A stretch of 64,000 bases of DNA from an uncultured Eubacteriales bacterium (GTDB taxonomy: Bacteria > Bacillota > Clostridia > Christensenellales > UBA1242): NCBI GenBank assembly GCA_949878485.1, contig CATLAM010000002.1, positions 55,397 to 119,396 of the forward strand, in the 5' to 3' direction. The notes under the pieces were generated by a model. The model did not search any database and was not told where the DNA came from. It saw only the letters and a program-made list of their open reading frames with translations. Positions within the stretch are counted from its first letter, which is position 1, and every line of letters starts with the position of its first letter. The position numbers and the translations under genes are program-made. Below are positions 1 through 10,112 of this stretch, piece after piece.

Positions 1-1100
1 CTTCTGGAATGTCTTGAAACACTAAGTGCAACGCCAATTGCACCCATGAAAACCGCAACACTTGTTCCACCACTTGAAATAAATGGAAGCGGAAGTCCTG
101 TTGGTGGAATGCTTCCTGTGACAACCGCAATGTTTAAAAGCGTTTGCACAGCAATGACAATTCCAACTCCACAAGCAAGCAGACATCCAAAACGGTCTTT
201 AGCATTAAGTCCAATCTTGAATAGACTATACACCAAAACACAATAAACAGCAATTAAAAGCAGACTGCCAACAAAGCCCAGTTCTTCACCAATTATGGCA
301 AATATGAAATCTGACTCAGCAAAAGGTAAGAAAAGAAATTTTTGTTTAGACGAAAAAAGTCCAACACCAAACCATCCGCCGTTTCCAAGACTGTAAAGCG
401 ATTGAATAAGTTGAAATCCTTCACCTTGCGGAGATGCCCAAGGATTGACAAATGCAAACAGTCTTTTCATTCTGTATGGTTCTGCCAAAATCAAAAGTGG
501 CACCATTGCCCCTGCCATACTTGAAAACAGAACAGTATGCTTCTTGCTCATACCACCAATTATAAGCATAAAAAGTGTAACAAAACCAAGGCACATAGTA
601 ACGCTCATGCTTGGTTCAATAATGACCAAAACGCAAAGCATTCCAGCAACTGCCAAAGCAGGAATAAGCCCCTTAAAGGTTTTTATTTTTTCATGGTTTT
701 CTGACAAGTAATAAGCCAAGAAAAGCACCAAAGCAAACTTGGCAATTTCAGATGGTTGAACAGAAATTCCAAACAGATTCACCCAGCGACTTGCACCATA
801 ACTTTGCACACCAAACCCCGGAACAAAAACCAAGATTAAAAGCACCACACTGACAGCCAAAACAACATATCTAAACTTCTTTAAAATATGATAGTCAATC
901 AATGCAAAGAACACCAAAGCAAACACACCAAGTGCCACGCCGAAAAGTTGTTTGAAAAGAAAGAAAAATTCATTGCCATAGCGATATGCAGCCGAATAAC
1001 AACTTGCACTGTAAACCATTAAACAGCCAAAGCTAACCAAAGCAAAAACAATTAAAATTACAAAAAGTTCTTGCTTTTTAAACCAATTTATTTTCTTCAT
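1..1100 (-). CDS. ftsW: FtsW/SpoVE SEDS-family peptidoglycan polymerase (3' end runs off the window)
   Basis: Not in the ORF track. Manual translation from ATG 1100 (ATGA overlap with the murD stop) gives MKKINWFKKQELFVILIVFALVSFGCLMVYSAS...QPSEIAK...SDFIFAIIGEELG...PLPFISSGGTS; follows murD. Confidence 0.93.
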   Translation of the reverse strand, partial: MKKINWFKKQELFVILIVFALVSFGCLMVYSASCYSAAYRYGNEFFFLFKQLFGVALGVFALVFFALIDYHILKKFRYVVLAVSVVLLILVFVPGFGVQSYGASRWVNLFGISVQPSEIAKFALVLFLAYYLSENHEKIKTFKGLIPALAVAGMLCVLVIIEPSMSVTMCLGFVTLFMLIIGGMSKKHTVLFSSMAGAMVPLLILAEPYRMKRLFAFVNPWASPQGEGFQLIQSLYSLGNGGWFGVGLFSSKQKFLFLPFAESDFIFAIIGEELGFVGSLLLIAVYCVLVYSLFKIGLNAKDRFGCLLACGVGIVIAVQTLLNIAVVTGSIPPTGLPLPFISSGGTSVAVFMGAIGVALSVSRHSR

Positions 1101-2392
1101 TCATCATGCCCCAACACCAAAGATTTAAAGCGGTCGCCACGTTCGGCATAACTTCCAAATTCATCAAAACTTGCACACGCTGGTGAAAGTAAAACAAAGT
1201 CAGGAGCAATAGCATGACACAAACAAAACTTCACAGCATCATCAAACTTTTCAAACAATTCTGTTTTATATCCAAACTTTTCAGATGACAATTTAATGTT
1301 TTCTCTTTCTTTTCCAAAGCACACAACTTGCTTAATGGAAAAACCAAGCGAGAAAAATTCGTCATAATTGATGTTCTTTCCAAGCCCACCCATAAGCAAG
1401 AAAAATGATTCGTTTTTAAATGCTTCCACGCATGCAATGGTCGATGCCACATTTGTTGCTTTAGAGTCATCAATGTAAGTGACACCATCTATTGTTCCAA
1501 CATTTTCAATTCGATGTGATGCTGGCAAAAAATTGTCAAGGGCTTTTGCAAAGTGTGTTGGATTCACTTTAAATTGTGAACATATGCTGACACATGCAAG
1601 CACATTTTCCAAGTTTTTTTCGCCACGCAAATGAATGTTGTTTAAACTTAAAACTGGCTTTCGATTGATATAAATTTGATTATTTTTAATAAAAACACCT
1701 TTTTTAAGCATTTTTTTCGTAAAAAATGTGTAATTTTTATGCAAAACCATTTTTTTGCTTTCTTCATCATCCAAATTCAAAATCAACAAATCATTGCGTT
1801 TCAAATTCTGTGCAAGTTTAGCTTTGCACCTTTTATATTCTTCAAAAGAACCATGTCTGTCTATGTGGTCAGGCTTAACATTTAAAATGCAAGCAATGTC
1901 ACTGCGAAAATATTTGCTTATTTCAAGTTGCAAATTGCTGACTTCACAAACCACCACAGAATCTTTGGTTGTCTTTTCGCAAACAGCAGAAAATGGCAAA
2001 CCAATGTTTCCACATAAAAAAGTTTTATAGCCCGCAGTAGACAAAATCTTGTTTGTCAGCATACACACTGTGGTTTTACCATTTGTGCCAGTGACTGCAA
2101 TAATCCTTCCTTTTGACAAAAGATAAGCAAAGTCAATTTCTGACATGACTTCGATGCCACGCTTGACAAAATTTTCAATCATCTTGTTTTCACGAATTTT
2201 AACACCAGGGCTGACAACCACAAAGTCATAAACCTTTTCTTCTGGGTGTCTTTCAAAACCAATGTGGTCAATCAGATAAGGATCATCATCGTAAAACGAA
2301 ACTCTGGCATTGTGCTTTTGCAAAAGTTTGATTACGGCTCGTCCACTGTCGCCCAATCCATACACTAAAACTTTTTTATTTTTTAATTTCAT
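1097..2392 (-). CDS. murD: UDP-MurNAc-L-Ala--D-Glu ligase
   Basis: GLGDSG, AVTGTNGKTT, PDHIDRH, DDSKATN, LLSPACASFD motifs; start moved to MKLKNKKV. Confidence 0.96.
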   Translation of the reverse strand: MKLKNKKVLVYGLGDSGRAVIKLLQKHNARVSFYDDDPYLIDHIGFERHPEEKVYDFVVVSPGVKIRENKMIENFVKRGIEVMSEIDFAYLLSKGRIIAVTGTNGKTTVCMLTNKILSTAGYKTFLCGNIGLPFSAVCEKTTKDSVVVCEVSNLQLEISKYFRSDIACILNVKPDHIDRHGSFEEYKRCKAKLAQNLKRNDLLILNLDDEESKKMVLHKNYTFFTKKMLKKGVFIKNNQIYINRKPVLSLNNIHLRGEKNLENVLACVSICSQFKVNPTHFAKALDNFLPASHRIENVGTIDGVTYIDDSKATNVASTIACVEAFKNESFFLLMGGLGKNINYDEFFSLGFSIKQVVCFGKERENIKLSSEKFGYKTELFEKFDDAVKFCLCHAIAPDFVLLSPACASFDEFGSYAERGDRFKSLVLGHDE

Positions 2393-2408
2393 AATTTGCT
2401 GCCTTTGG

Positions 2409-3374
2409 TTAAATTCCAACGGCAAGCATCCCAATTAAAACTGACAAAGAAACTGCCGTTGTTATTACTATATATACTACGACAATTCGATTTTCATGCA
2501 CTCCTTTTTGCTCGAAATGATGATGAAGTGGTGCCATTAAAAAGACACGCTTTTTTGTGCGTTTATAATGCAAAACTTGAATGATGTCAGACACTGTTGA
2601 AAGCACAAACATTATGCCAATTATTGGAATCAAAAGTTCCAACCCAGACAACACTGCAACCACACCAATAAATCCACCAAGAGCCAAAGAGCCAGTGTCC
2701 CCCATAAAGATTTTTGCTGGATAACAATTGATCATCAGAAAGCCAATAAGTCCCCCACAAAGTCCAAAGCAAGTCATGGCAAGATTGGCATTTTCATATC
2801 CCCCAAGAAGTGCCAAAATGATGCCAAAAAACAGACAACAAACAAAAGAAACACCACCCGCAAGTCCGTCAAGCCCATCAGTAAGGTTGACGCTGTTTGT
2901 GGTTGCCACCAAAACAATTATGATAAGCGGAATGACAAACCAACCTATGTCAAAACTCCAACCAAAGAAAGTCAAGCTTGTCCTGTTTGAAAAAAATACA
3001 TAAAGTGCCACAATCACAGCAAGCCCAACTTGTCCAATAATTTTTTGATAAGGTTTCAATCCTTCATTGTGGTGCCAATGCACTTTGATAAAATCATCCA
3101 AAAAACCAAGAAGTCCATATCCTAAAGTGACAATTATTCCAAACCAAGCAAGATAAGTGTCTTCTTGAAACAAAAAGAAAGTGGAAAACAAAAGCGTCAT
3201 CAAAAAGATAAGGCCACCCATTGTTGGTGTTCCTTCTTTGCTTGCATGCTTGTCCACATAATGCAAAATGCTTTGTTGTGCTTTCAACTTTCTGCAAAGC
3301 CAAAGCACTGCTGGGGCCATTATGCCTGAAAAAAACAAACAAAACAGCCCGCAAATCAGATACTTAATATACAT
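2409..3374 (-). CDS. mraY: Phospho-MurNAc-pentapeptide transferase
   Basis: KEGTPTMGG, NSVNLTDGLDGLA, IFMGDTGSL, MAPLHHHFE; start probably MYIKY (3374). Confidence 0.96.
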   Translation of the reverse strand: MYIKYLICGLFCLFFSGIMAPAVLWLCRKLKAQQSILHYVDKHASKEGTPTMGGLIFLMTLLFSTFFLFQEDTYLAWFGIIVTLGYGLLGFLDDFIKVHWHHNEGLKPYQKIIGQVGLAVIVALYVFFSNRTSLTFFGWSFDIGWFVIPLIIIVLVATTNSVNLTDGLDGLAGGVSFVCCLFFGIILALLGGYENANLAMTCFGLCGGLIGFLMINCYPAKIFMGDTGSLALGGFIGVVAVLSGLELLIPIIGIMFVLSTVSDIIQVLHYKRTKKRVFLMAPLHHHFEQKGVHENRIVVVYIVITTAVSLSVLIGMLAVGI

Positions 3375-4824
3375 ATTTTTCACCATTTCCTTTAAAACTG
3401 CATGGGTCAAGTTCTTTGAAATGACCATAAACTGCATCGAAATCATTGTAAGGATATTTCTTGTCACCAATCTCTTGATATTTTTCAGCACCCTTACCTG
3501 CTATGATAATGATGTCCCCTGCCTGTGCCAAATCAATCATTCTGGCAATAGCACGCTTTCTGTCCGTTTGAATGAAATGCGTCTTTTTCATTCCTTTTTC
3601 AATGTCCATAATGATGTCATATGATTTTTCATTTCTTGGGTTATCATCAGTTAAACAGACATAGTCCGCATATTCTTCGGCAATTTTTCCCATCTTAGCA
3701 CGCTTATCTTTGTCACGGTCACCACCGCATCCAAAAATTATATAAACTTTCTTGTCTGTCAATTCTCGTGCAGTTTTCAAAATGTTTAAAAGTCCGTCTG
3801 GAGTGTGTGCATAATCTATGACAACATATTTTCCACTGAAATTCACAACATTAAACCTGCCTTCTGCTGGCTCAATGAAATTTAAACCTATTTCCAATTC
3901 TTTGTCAGTAAATCCAAGTTCGTGACAAACTGTCAAAGCACCAAGTGTGTTGTATATGTTGTATTCTCCAATAAGGTTGGTTTTAATGTCAACCACGCTG
4001 TCACAAATGTTTCCCGTAAAACGAGAACCTTCCATAGAAGAACAAACATCAATTGCAAAAGAATCACTTGGGCTGTGAATACCATAAGTTTTTACAGGCA
4101 CATTAGTTTTTCCAATCAACTTACTGGCATTTTTGTCATCCACACAAATAATTGCTTTCTTTATATGTGCCTTACTGAAAAAAGAAAATTTTGTTCTGGC
4201 ATAAGAAGAAAAAGTTTTAAAATAGTCCAAATGATCTTGTGTAATGTTTGTTAACACTCCAATTTCAAACATTATGCCGTCAATTCGCTTTTGGTCGATG
4301 GCATGAGCAGAAACTTCCATGACAACATATTCCACACCTGCATTTTTCATGTCTAAAAAAGTTTTGTGAAGCACATCAGCATCTGGTGTTGTCATGTTGG
4401 TTTCAATTGTTTTGCCATTATAAAAGATACCATTTGTGCCAATTACTCCTGCATTCTTAGAATTATGTTTCATCATATGAGAAATAATATGTGCTGTTGT
4501 AGTTTTGCCGTTTGTGCCAGAAATGCCGATAATTTTTAAAGAATCACAGGCTCTTTCATAAAAATTTGCACAAGCAAAGGCAAAACTTTCTCTGCTGTCT
4601 TTCACCATAATGCAGTTTTCATAAGGCAAATTAAATGAACATACAACGGCACTTGCACCATTATCCAATGCTTGCTTGCATCTTTTAAGAGTTAAATCTT
4701 GGTCTTGGTTTAAGCAAAAATAAAGTTCTCCTTGCTTAACAGTGCGACTGTCTTTACTTATTCCACTAATTTGCAAATCACCATAATCCGACTTTTGCTT
4801 TATTATGTCTTTAAGAAGCATCAT
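3364..4824 (-). CDS. murE: UDP-MurNAc-tripeptide synthetase (meso-DAP type)
   Basis: GTNGKTTT, MEVSAHA, DYAHTPD, FGCGGDRD, DNPR (DAP specificity motif), AGKG. Confidence 0.96.
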   Translation of the reverse strand: MMLLKDIIKQKSDYGDLQISGISKDSRTVKQGELYFCLNQDQDLTLKRCKQALDNGASAVVCSFNLPYENCIMVKDSRESFAFACANFYERACDSLKIIGISGTNGKTTTAHIISHMMKHNSKNAGVIGTNGIFYNGKTIETNMTTPDADVLHKTFLDMKNAGVEYVVMEVSAHAIDQKRIDGIMFEIGVLTNITQDHLDYFKTFSSYARTKFSFFSKAHIKKAIICVDDKNASKLIGKTNVPVKTYGIHSPSDSFAIDVCSSMEGSRFTGNICDSVVDIKTNLIGEYNIYNTLGALTVCHELGFTDKELEIGLNFIEPAEGRFNVVNFSGKYVVIDYAHTPDGLLNILKTARELTDKKVYIIFGCGGDRDKDKRAKMGKIAEEYADYVCLTDDNPRNEKSYDIIMDIEKGMKKTHFIQTDRKRAIARMIDLAQAGDIIIIAGKGAEKYQEIGDKKYPYNDFDAVYGHFKELDPCSFKGNGEKYVY

Positions 4825-4911
4825 TTTCTCCTTTCTTACGATATTTTAATATATTAAAATGCCAATAGTGTTACACTGCCAAAAAAAGTTTAAATAAGAC
4901 AAAATTTGCAA

Positions 4912-6021
4912 CTACTTTTTGGCTGTTGAACTTACTGAATTAAAAATTTCCAGTGCCTTGCTGTCAAATGACTTAACAAGTTTGTTTTGTTTTTCAAAAT
5001 CATTCTTGCTTTCTTCAATTATGCATCTTAAAAGTTCCTTTGCTGGAACATTCTTAAATAAGTAAAGTCCCAAAGACCCTGGAATCGAATTTATTTCATT
5101 GACAAACAAGGTTTTCCCGTCATAAAGAAAATCGACTCTTACAACTCCACGACAATCAAACAACTTAAACACCTGTTCTGTCAGTTTCTGAATTTTTTCT
5201 GACAAACGCTTGTTTGCTTCAGTGTTTTTGGAATTGGTTTTTAAATATTTGTCTTCAAATGAAAAGATTTCACTTTTGTCTTTCACAACATTTACTTGTG
5301 ATGTAAAATATTGATCACGATATTTAAAGCAAGCACAATTAAACTCACTTAAGTTTTCCACCAACTTTTCCACCAAAACTTTTTCATCAAATTCAAATGC
5401 AAGTTCCATTGATTCTGCAATTTCATTTTCATTGTGACAAACCGAAATTCCAATACTGGAACCCAAATTTGATGGCTTAACAATCACCGGAAGCCCTATT
5501 TTAGCGACAATTTGCTCTTGTATGGTTTTTTGGTCATATTCACATTTTTTCACATAAAGGTAATTTGGCGATTTAATGTTATTGGCTTTTAAGATGTCTT
5601 TCATAAAAGCCTTATCCATGCAAACGGAAGCCGATGTCAAATAAGAACATGTCTGAGGAATGTCACATGATTTAAAAAGCCCTTGCACACTTCCATCTTC
5701 ACCAATATTTCCATGACAACAATTTAAAACGCTGTCAATCTTGGTGCTTTTAACAAACTTAAAATTTTTCTTTTCCAACAAAACATTGTCCCCCAAAACC
5801 ATGGTGACTTGTTTTTTGTTTTTTGCATACCTGTCGAAATTTTTGTAAGTTTTGATGTCAAGCAAATTGTCTGCTTTCCACCAAACACCTTCTTTATCTA
5901 TGTAAATTGGCAAATATTCAAATTGCTCTGGCAAAGACTTTGCAACTTGCAATGCTGTAATGATGGAAATGTCGTGTTCTACACTTTTTCCACCAAATAA
6001 AATCATAATTTTTTCTTTCAT
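4912..6021 (-). CDS. ddl: D-alanine--D-alanine ligase
   Basis: FGGKSVEHDIS, HGNIGEDG, GSSIGIS, RVDF, NEINSIPG. Confidence 0.95.
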   Translation of the reverse strand: MKEKIMILFGGKSVEHDISIITALQVAKSLPEQFEYLPIYIDKEGVWWKADNLLDIKTYKNFDRYAKNKKQVTMVLGDNVLLEKKNFKFVKSTKIDSVLNCCHGNIGEDGSVQGLFKSCDIPQTCSYLTSASVCMDKAFMKDILKANNIKSPNYLYVKKCEYDQKTIQEQIVAKIGLPVIVKPSNLGSSIGISVCHNENEIAESMELAFEFDEKVLVEKLVENLSEFNCACFKYRDQYFTSQVNVVKDKSEIFSFEDKYLKTNSKNTEANKRLSEKIQKLTEQVFKLFDCRGVVRVDFLYDGKTLFVNEINSIPGSLGLYLFKNVPAKELLRCIIEESKNDFEKQNKLVKSFDSKALEIFNSVSSTAKK

Positions 6022-6161
6022 AAAAAACCTTCCCTTAATAGATATGAAGGTTTTTCAAACTTGGTTAAATTTATTTTAAACTTTTAAAAATTAATTTAAA
6101 CAATCATTAAAATCTGCTTTGCAAACAAAAAACTTTCACTGCCAAATTAATAAAGCACACA

Positions 6162-6232
6162 TAAAAGTCGCGACAAATCGCCAACAAATTATTTGGCTTT
6201 CTTGACGGACAGAGTGCGATTTCGTTTTTCGC
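6162..6232 (+). repeat. Palindromic dispersed repeat, family B copy 1
   Basis: TAAAAGTCGCGACAAATCGCCAACA...AGTGCGATTTCGTTTTTCGC matches the reverse complement of 45417..45465. Confidence 0.7.
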
Positions 6233-6240
6233 TTATTCGC

Positions 6241-7644
6241 TTATTTTATATTATCAGGAAAATCATTTTCAAAGAGCACAACATCCCCCTGCCCTATGAC
6301 TTTTTTCAAAACATCCAACTGCTCTTGTCTTGTGTCGGCAAAAAAGATTTTTGCTCTTCCGTCTTTTGCACCTTGATAAAGTGCTTCTTTGTTTGTTTTG
6401 TTCATGATGACAAAAACATCTGCTGTTTGACCAACCAACTGTCCTGCTTGCATATTGACTTTAAACTGTTCTTTGCCAAGTTCCACAATCCCTGGTGAAA
6501 CAACAATCTTCTTTCCGTTAAATTCATTCAAAATTTCCAATGCTTCTTTAAACCCGTCAAAATTGCTGTTGTAAGAATCATCAATAACAAAACTTTTTTC
6601 ACCTTTTATAAGTTCCAATCTATGTGGAGTTGGTTCCAACTTTTCAATTGCCTTTTGAATGTTAAACAAATTTTCTCCCAAAAGATAAGCCATGGCAGCA
6701 CCAACAACAATGTTGTCAATGTTTGCTTTACCAAGAAGTTTGGTCTTACAGAAAAACTGTTTGTCGTCCAAAGTCATAACAAAACGCGAGCCATCTTTTC
6801 CAACATAAATGTCACTTGCATAAGCGAAACTGTTTTCCACACAAACCAAATATTTGCGTTTTGGATATCTTTCAAACAACTTTCTGCTTGAAGCACTTTT
6901 TCCGTTGAAAACCACGCAGTCTGTATGCTGACAAAGTTCATACTTGGTGTTTTCAATGTTTTCCACACTTCCAAAAGTTTCCAAATGACAATTGCCAATT
7001 GGAGTAATCACGCCAAAATCCACACCGACAAACTCAGCCAAAAATTCAATGTCACCTTTGCGTCTTGCACCAAATTCTAAGATTAAGAAATCATCAGTTT
7101 CTTTCAAACTTTCCAAAACTGTTCGACACACTCCCATAGGTGTGTTATAACTTTTTGGCGAAACACAAACATCAAATTCTTCTTTCATAATTTGGTGTAA
7201 AATGTTTTTAGTGGATGTTTTTCCAAAGCTGCCTGTAATAGCAATCTTCTTACATTTCATGTTTTTCAATTTGTTTTTTGCCTTTCTGATATATAATTTC
7301 TTAATCAACTCTTCCAAAGGATGTGCAACAAAAAATGTCAAACACATCAATTCTCCGCTTACAATCAAGAAAGCAATAACAACAATCAGCCCTTTCCAAA
7401 AAACAGGAAAAACGCCAAAAAACAACAAAAATATGGTTAATTTAATTAAAAAATCAATAAAAATTAAACGATTTACTCTTTTTGTGAAATTTAATTTATT
7501 TTTTTTGCCAAACGCAAAATCAAATTTTAAAACCTTGTTTATGTAATTTTTCACACGATAGTTTTCCAATTGAAACAGTTTAATGTAAATTAAATCTAAA
7601 AGTGCAAAACAAACTGAAACAACAACTGCAACCAAAACAAACAT
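6241..7644 (-). CDS. murF: MurF-like ligase with N-terminal transmembrane extension
   Basis: AITGSFGKTSTK, SYNTPMG, IDDSYNSN, PGIVELG; first ~110 aa hold about three hydrophobic segments. Confidence 0.88.
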   Translation of the reverse strand: MFVLVAVVVSVCFALLDLIYIKLFQLENYRVKNYINKVLKFDFAFGKKNKLNFTKRVNRLIFIDFLIKLTIFLLFFGVFPVFWKGLIVVIAFLIVSGELMCLTFFVAHPLEELIKKLYIRKAKNKLKNMKCKKIAITGSFGKTSTKNILHQIMKEEFDVCVSPKSYNTPMGVCRTVLESLKETDDFLILEFGARRKGDIEFLAEFVGVDFGVITPIGNCHLETFGSVENIENTKYELCQHTDCVVFNGKSASSRKLFERYPKRKYLVCVENSFAYASDIYVGKDGSRFVMTLDDKQFFCKTKLLGKANIDNIVVGAAMAYLLGENLFNIQKAIEKLEPTPHRLELIKGEKSFVIDDSYNSNFDGFKEALEILNEFNGKKIVVSPGIVELGKEQFKVNMQAGQLVGQTADVFVIMNKTNKEALYQGAKDGRAKIFFADTRQEQLDVLKKVIGQGDVVLFENDFPDNIK

Positions 7645-7656
7645 AAACCTTCCTCC

Positions 7657-8376
7657 TTAATTTAAAAATGTTTTTAATTCCGTCAAGAATTTCACCCTTT
7701 GGTCAATGAAAGAGAAATGCCCTGAATTATCCAAAATAACAAGTGAAGAATCTTTAATTTTTCTGTGCATCTTCTTTGCCATGTAAACGGGTGTGTCTTT
7801 GTCATTCTTTCCAAAAACAATCAAAGTCTTGGCATGAATGAACGGCAAAAAATCATCAAGATGTGTGTTTACAATCCCGACAAAAATTTGTTTCATTTCT
7901 TTGCTCAACTTTTGATAGTCACTGCTTCCAGCATTCTTGATTTTTAAACCGAATCGCTTTTTGAATTTGTATGAAAAAACTTTGAAATAATATTTCAAAC
8001 TGCGTCTTGGTTTCAATCCAGCACTGTCCACAAGCACAAGTTTTTGAGTCTGGTTTTTGGTCAAAACTGCCATTATAATTGCAATGCGACCACCAAACGA
8101 ATGTCCAATAATGTTGTAATTTTTAATGTCTAAAAATTCGCATAGAGAGATAACCATGTTTGCGTAAGTAAACACAGAAAAATCTTTTATGTTTTTTTCA
8201 CTTTTTCCAAATGGTGGAAAGTCCACAAACAAAGAATTGGCTTCTGTTATGTAATCTTGACAAAACAGCAAGCTTGTGTGGTCACACCCCCAACCATGAA
8301 GATATATGTTTGTCACATTTTTTCTTTTGTCTGTAAACTTATAAAAAATTTGGTTTTCTCGAAAGTTGTATATCAT
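7657..8376 (-). CDS. Alpha/beta-fold hydrolase
   Basis: LHGWG oxyanion motif, DFPPFG, GHSFGG nucleophile elbow, G..D..TP and GHFSF. Confidence 0.9.
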   Translation of the reverse strand: MIYNFRENQIFYKFTDKRKNVTNIYLHGWGCDHTSLLFCQDYITEANSLFVDFPPFGKSEKNIKDFSVFTYANMVISLCEFLDIKNYNIIGHSFGGRIAIIMAVLTKNQTQKLVLVDSAGLKPRRSLKYYFKVFSYKFKKRFGLKIKNAGSSDYQKLSKEMKQIFVGIVNTHLDDFLPFIHAKTLIVFGKNDKDTPVYMAKKMHRKIKDSSLVILDNSGHFSFIDQRVKFLTELKTFLN

Positions 8377-8385
8377 AAAATCATT

Positions 8386-9663
8386 CTATGTCAGAAATTT
8401 ATTTTTGTGAGCAATGGTTGGCAGGTCACCTGCACCCACAAAAAGTAACACAACTTCATCTGAAGAAAACTGCAACAAAAATTTTGAAAGACTTTCAAAG
8501 TCATCAAAATATTTGGCATTGGAATTATCTTTCTGCAAAATTTCTGTAAACTCTTTTGCACTTAATCCTTCATCTGGGTTTTCGCGTGCTGAATAGGTTT
8601 TAAAGAAAAGTGGCATCTCAGTAAACCTGAATACATCCAAAAACTCATGGCAAAGATTTTTTGTGCGTGAAAAAGTATGTGGTTGAAAAATAGTTATCAA
8701 TTTTTTATTGCGATAGATGTTTCTTGCCGAACATAATGCCTTTGAAATTTCAGTAGGATGATGAGCATAGTCACAGATGACATTTTTAAAATATGGACAA
8801 CTCATTTTCTCAAAACGCGAACCCACACCTTTAAAACTTTCCAATCCCAATTTGATTATGTGGTCAGGAATGTTTAAAAGTCTGCAAGCCTTTATGGCAA
8901 AAATGCAGTTTTGTGTATTGATTTCTTCGCACAATTTTAAATGCAAATCGAACAACTTTTCTCTGCCTTCATAGAGTTCAAACATCAAACTGCCATCAGT
9001 GTCATGATGCAATTTCCTTACAAAGAAACCTTTGCAATCTTCCACAACAATTGATGACTTTTTTCTAAACTTTTCAAAAGACATTAATTGCCTTTCAAAA
9101 GTTTTAAAATAATCCATGTGTTCTTTCTCAATATTGGTAATGACTGAAAGATATGGTTTCAAATTTAAAAAGTTGTCACAATATTCACACGCTTCGGTAA
9201 CAAAATATTCATTGTCACCCAAGACAAAGTTGTTGCCGTCTTCAATTCGAAAACCACCCAAATGCAAGGTTGGATTTTTCCCAGCACACAGCAAAATCTG
9301 ATAAATCATGGCAGTGGTTGTTGTCTTTCCATGAGAACCTGAAACAGCAATTACTTTGTCATAATTTTCACTTATTCGCCCAAGCGCCTGACCGCGAGTA
9401 AAAAGTTTTTTGCCAGCATCTTTGGCAAAAATAAACTGTGGATTATTGCTTTTAATGGCCGAAGAAACAATGATTTCATCTGCATCCAAAATTTTTTGCT
9501 TGTTTATGGCAAAGTCAACATCAATGTTATGCTGGTTTAAAAGTAGTGTCGCACGACTTTCAACTTCGTCACTTCCACCAACTTGCCAACCTAAGTTTTG
9601 ATACATAATCGCCAAGACGGACATCGAAATTCCGCCTATTCCTAAAAAATACGCCTTTTTCAT
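8386..9663 (-). CDS. murC: UDP-MurNAc--L-alanine ligase
   Basis: GIGGISMS, GSHGKTTTT, TEACEY, DYAHHPTEI, FQPHTFSRT, GAGD. Confidence 0.96.
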   Translation of the reverse strand: MKKAYFLGIGGISMSVLAIMYQNLGWQVGGSDEVESRATLLLNQHNIDVDFAINKQKILDADEIIVSSAIKSNNPQFIFAKDAGKKLFTRGQALGRISENYDKVIAVSGSHGKTTTTAMIYQILLCAGKNPTLHLGGFRIEDGNNFVLGDNEYFVTEACEYCDNFLNLKPYLSVITNIEKEHMDYFKTFERQLMSFEKFRKKSSIVVEDCKGFFVRKLHHDTDGSLMFELYEGREKLFDLHLKLCEEINTQNCIFAIKACRLLNIPDHIIKLGLESFKGVGSRFEKMSCPYFKNVICDYAHHPTEISKALCSARNIYRNKKLITIFQPHTFSRTKNLCHEFLDVFRFTEMPLFFKTYSARENPDEGLSAKEFTEILQKDNSNAKYFDDFESLSKFLLQFSSDEVVLLFVGAGDLPTIAHKNKFLT

Positions 9664-9788
9664 ATTTGTGTTATATGATTTTTAAAAAATGTTTGACAAT
9701 GTTGCAAATTCTTTTGCATATTTGGCGTTTTGTGTTATAATATATTTGACCGTGAAAGGTTAATTTAAAAAAAGGAAGGTATACGAAC

Positions 9789-10058
9789 TTGACTATTACT
9801 GACATTAGAGTGAGACTTGTAAACAACAATAACGACAAACTTAAAGCCGTTGCTTCAATCACAATCGATGATGAAATTGTTGTTCACGACATTAAAGTCA
9901 TCAACGGCAGAGACGGTTATTTTCTTTCAATGCCAAGCAGAAAAACTAACGAAGGCGAATTTAAAGACATTGTTCACCCAATCAAAACCGAAGTTAGAGA
10001 AATGTTGAAAGAAAGAATTATCGCTGAATACGAAAAAACACTCGCAAACAACGAATAA
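9789..10058 (+). CDS. spoVG: Septation regulator / RNA-binding protein SpoVG
   Basis: ITDIRVR...KLKAVASITIDDEIVVHDIKVI...MPSRK...FKDIVHPI; TTG start with AAGGAAGG upstream. Confidence 0.96.
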   Translation: MTITDIRVRLVNNNNDKLKAVASITIDDEIVVHDIKVINGRDGYFLSMPSRKTNEGEFKDIVHPIKTEVREMLKERIIAEYEKTLANNE

Positions 10059-10066
10059 TTAACCTT

Positions 10067-10096
10067 AAAAAGACTGGAAATTTTCCAGTCTTTTTT
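10067..10096. terminator. Bidirectional intrinsic terminator
   Basis: AAAAAGACTGGAAA-T-TTTCCAGTCTTTTT between convergent genes. Confidence 0.85.
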
Positions 10097-10112
10097 ATTT
10101 TGTTTTATTAAA

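Noticed and set aside
4912-6021. Ddl as a D-Ala-D-Lac (vancomycin-resistance) ligase
   Set aside because: The omega-loop region reads FEDKY with Tyr retained, and there are no vanH/vanX/vanRS neighbours.
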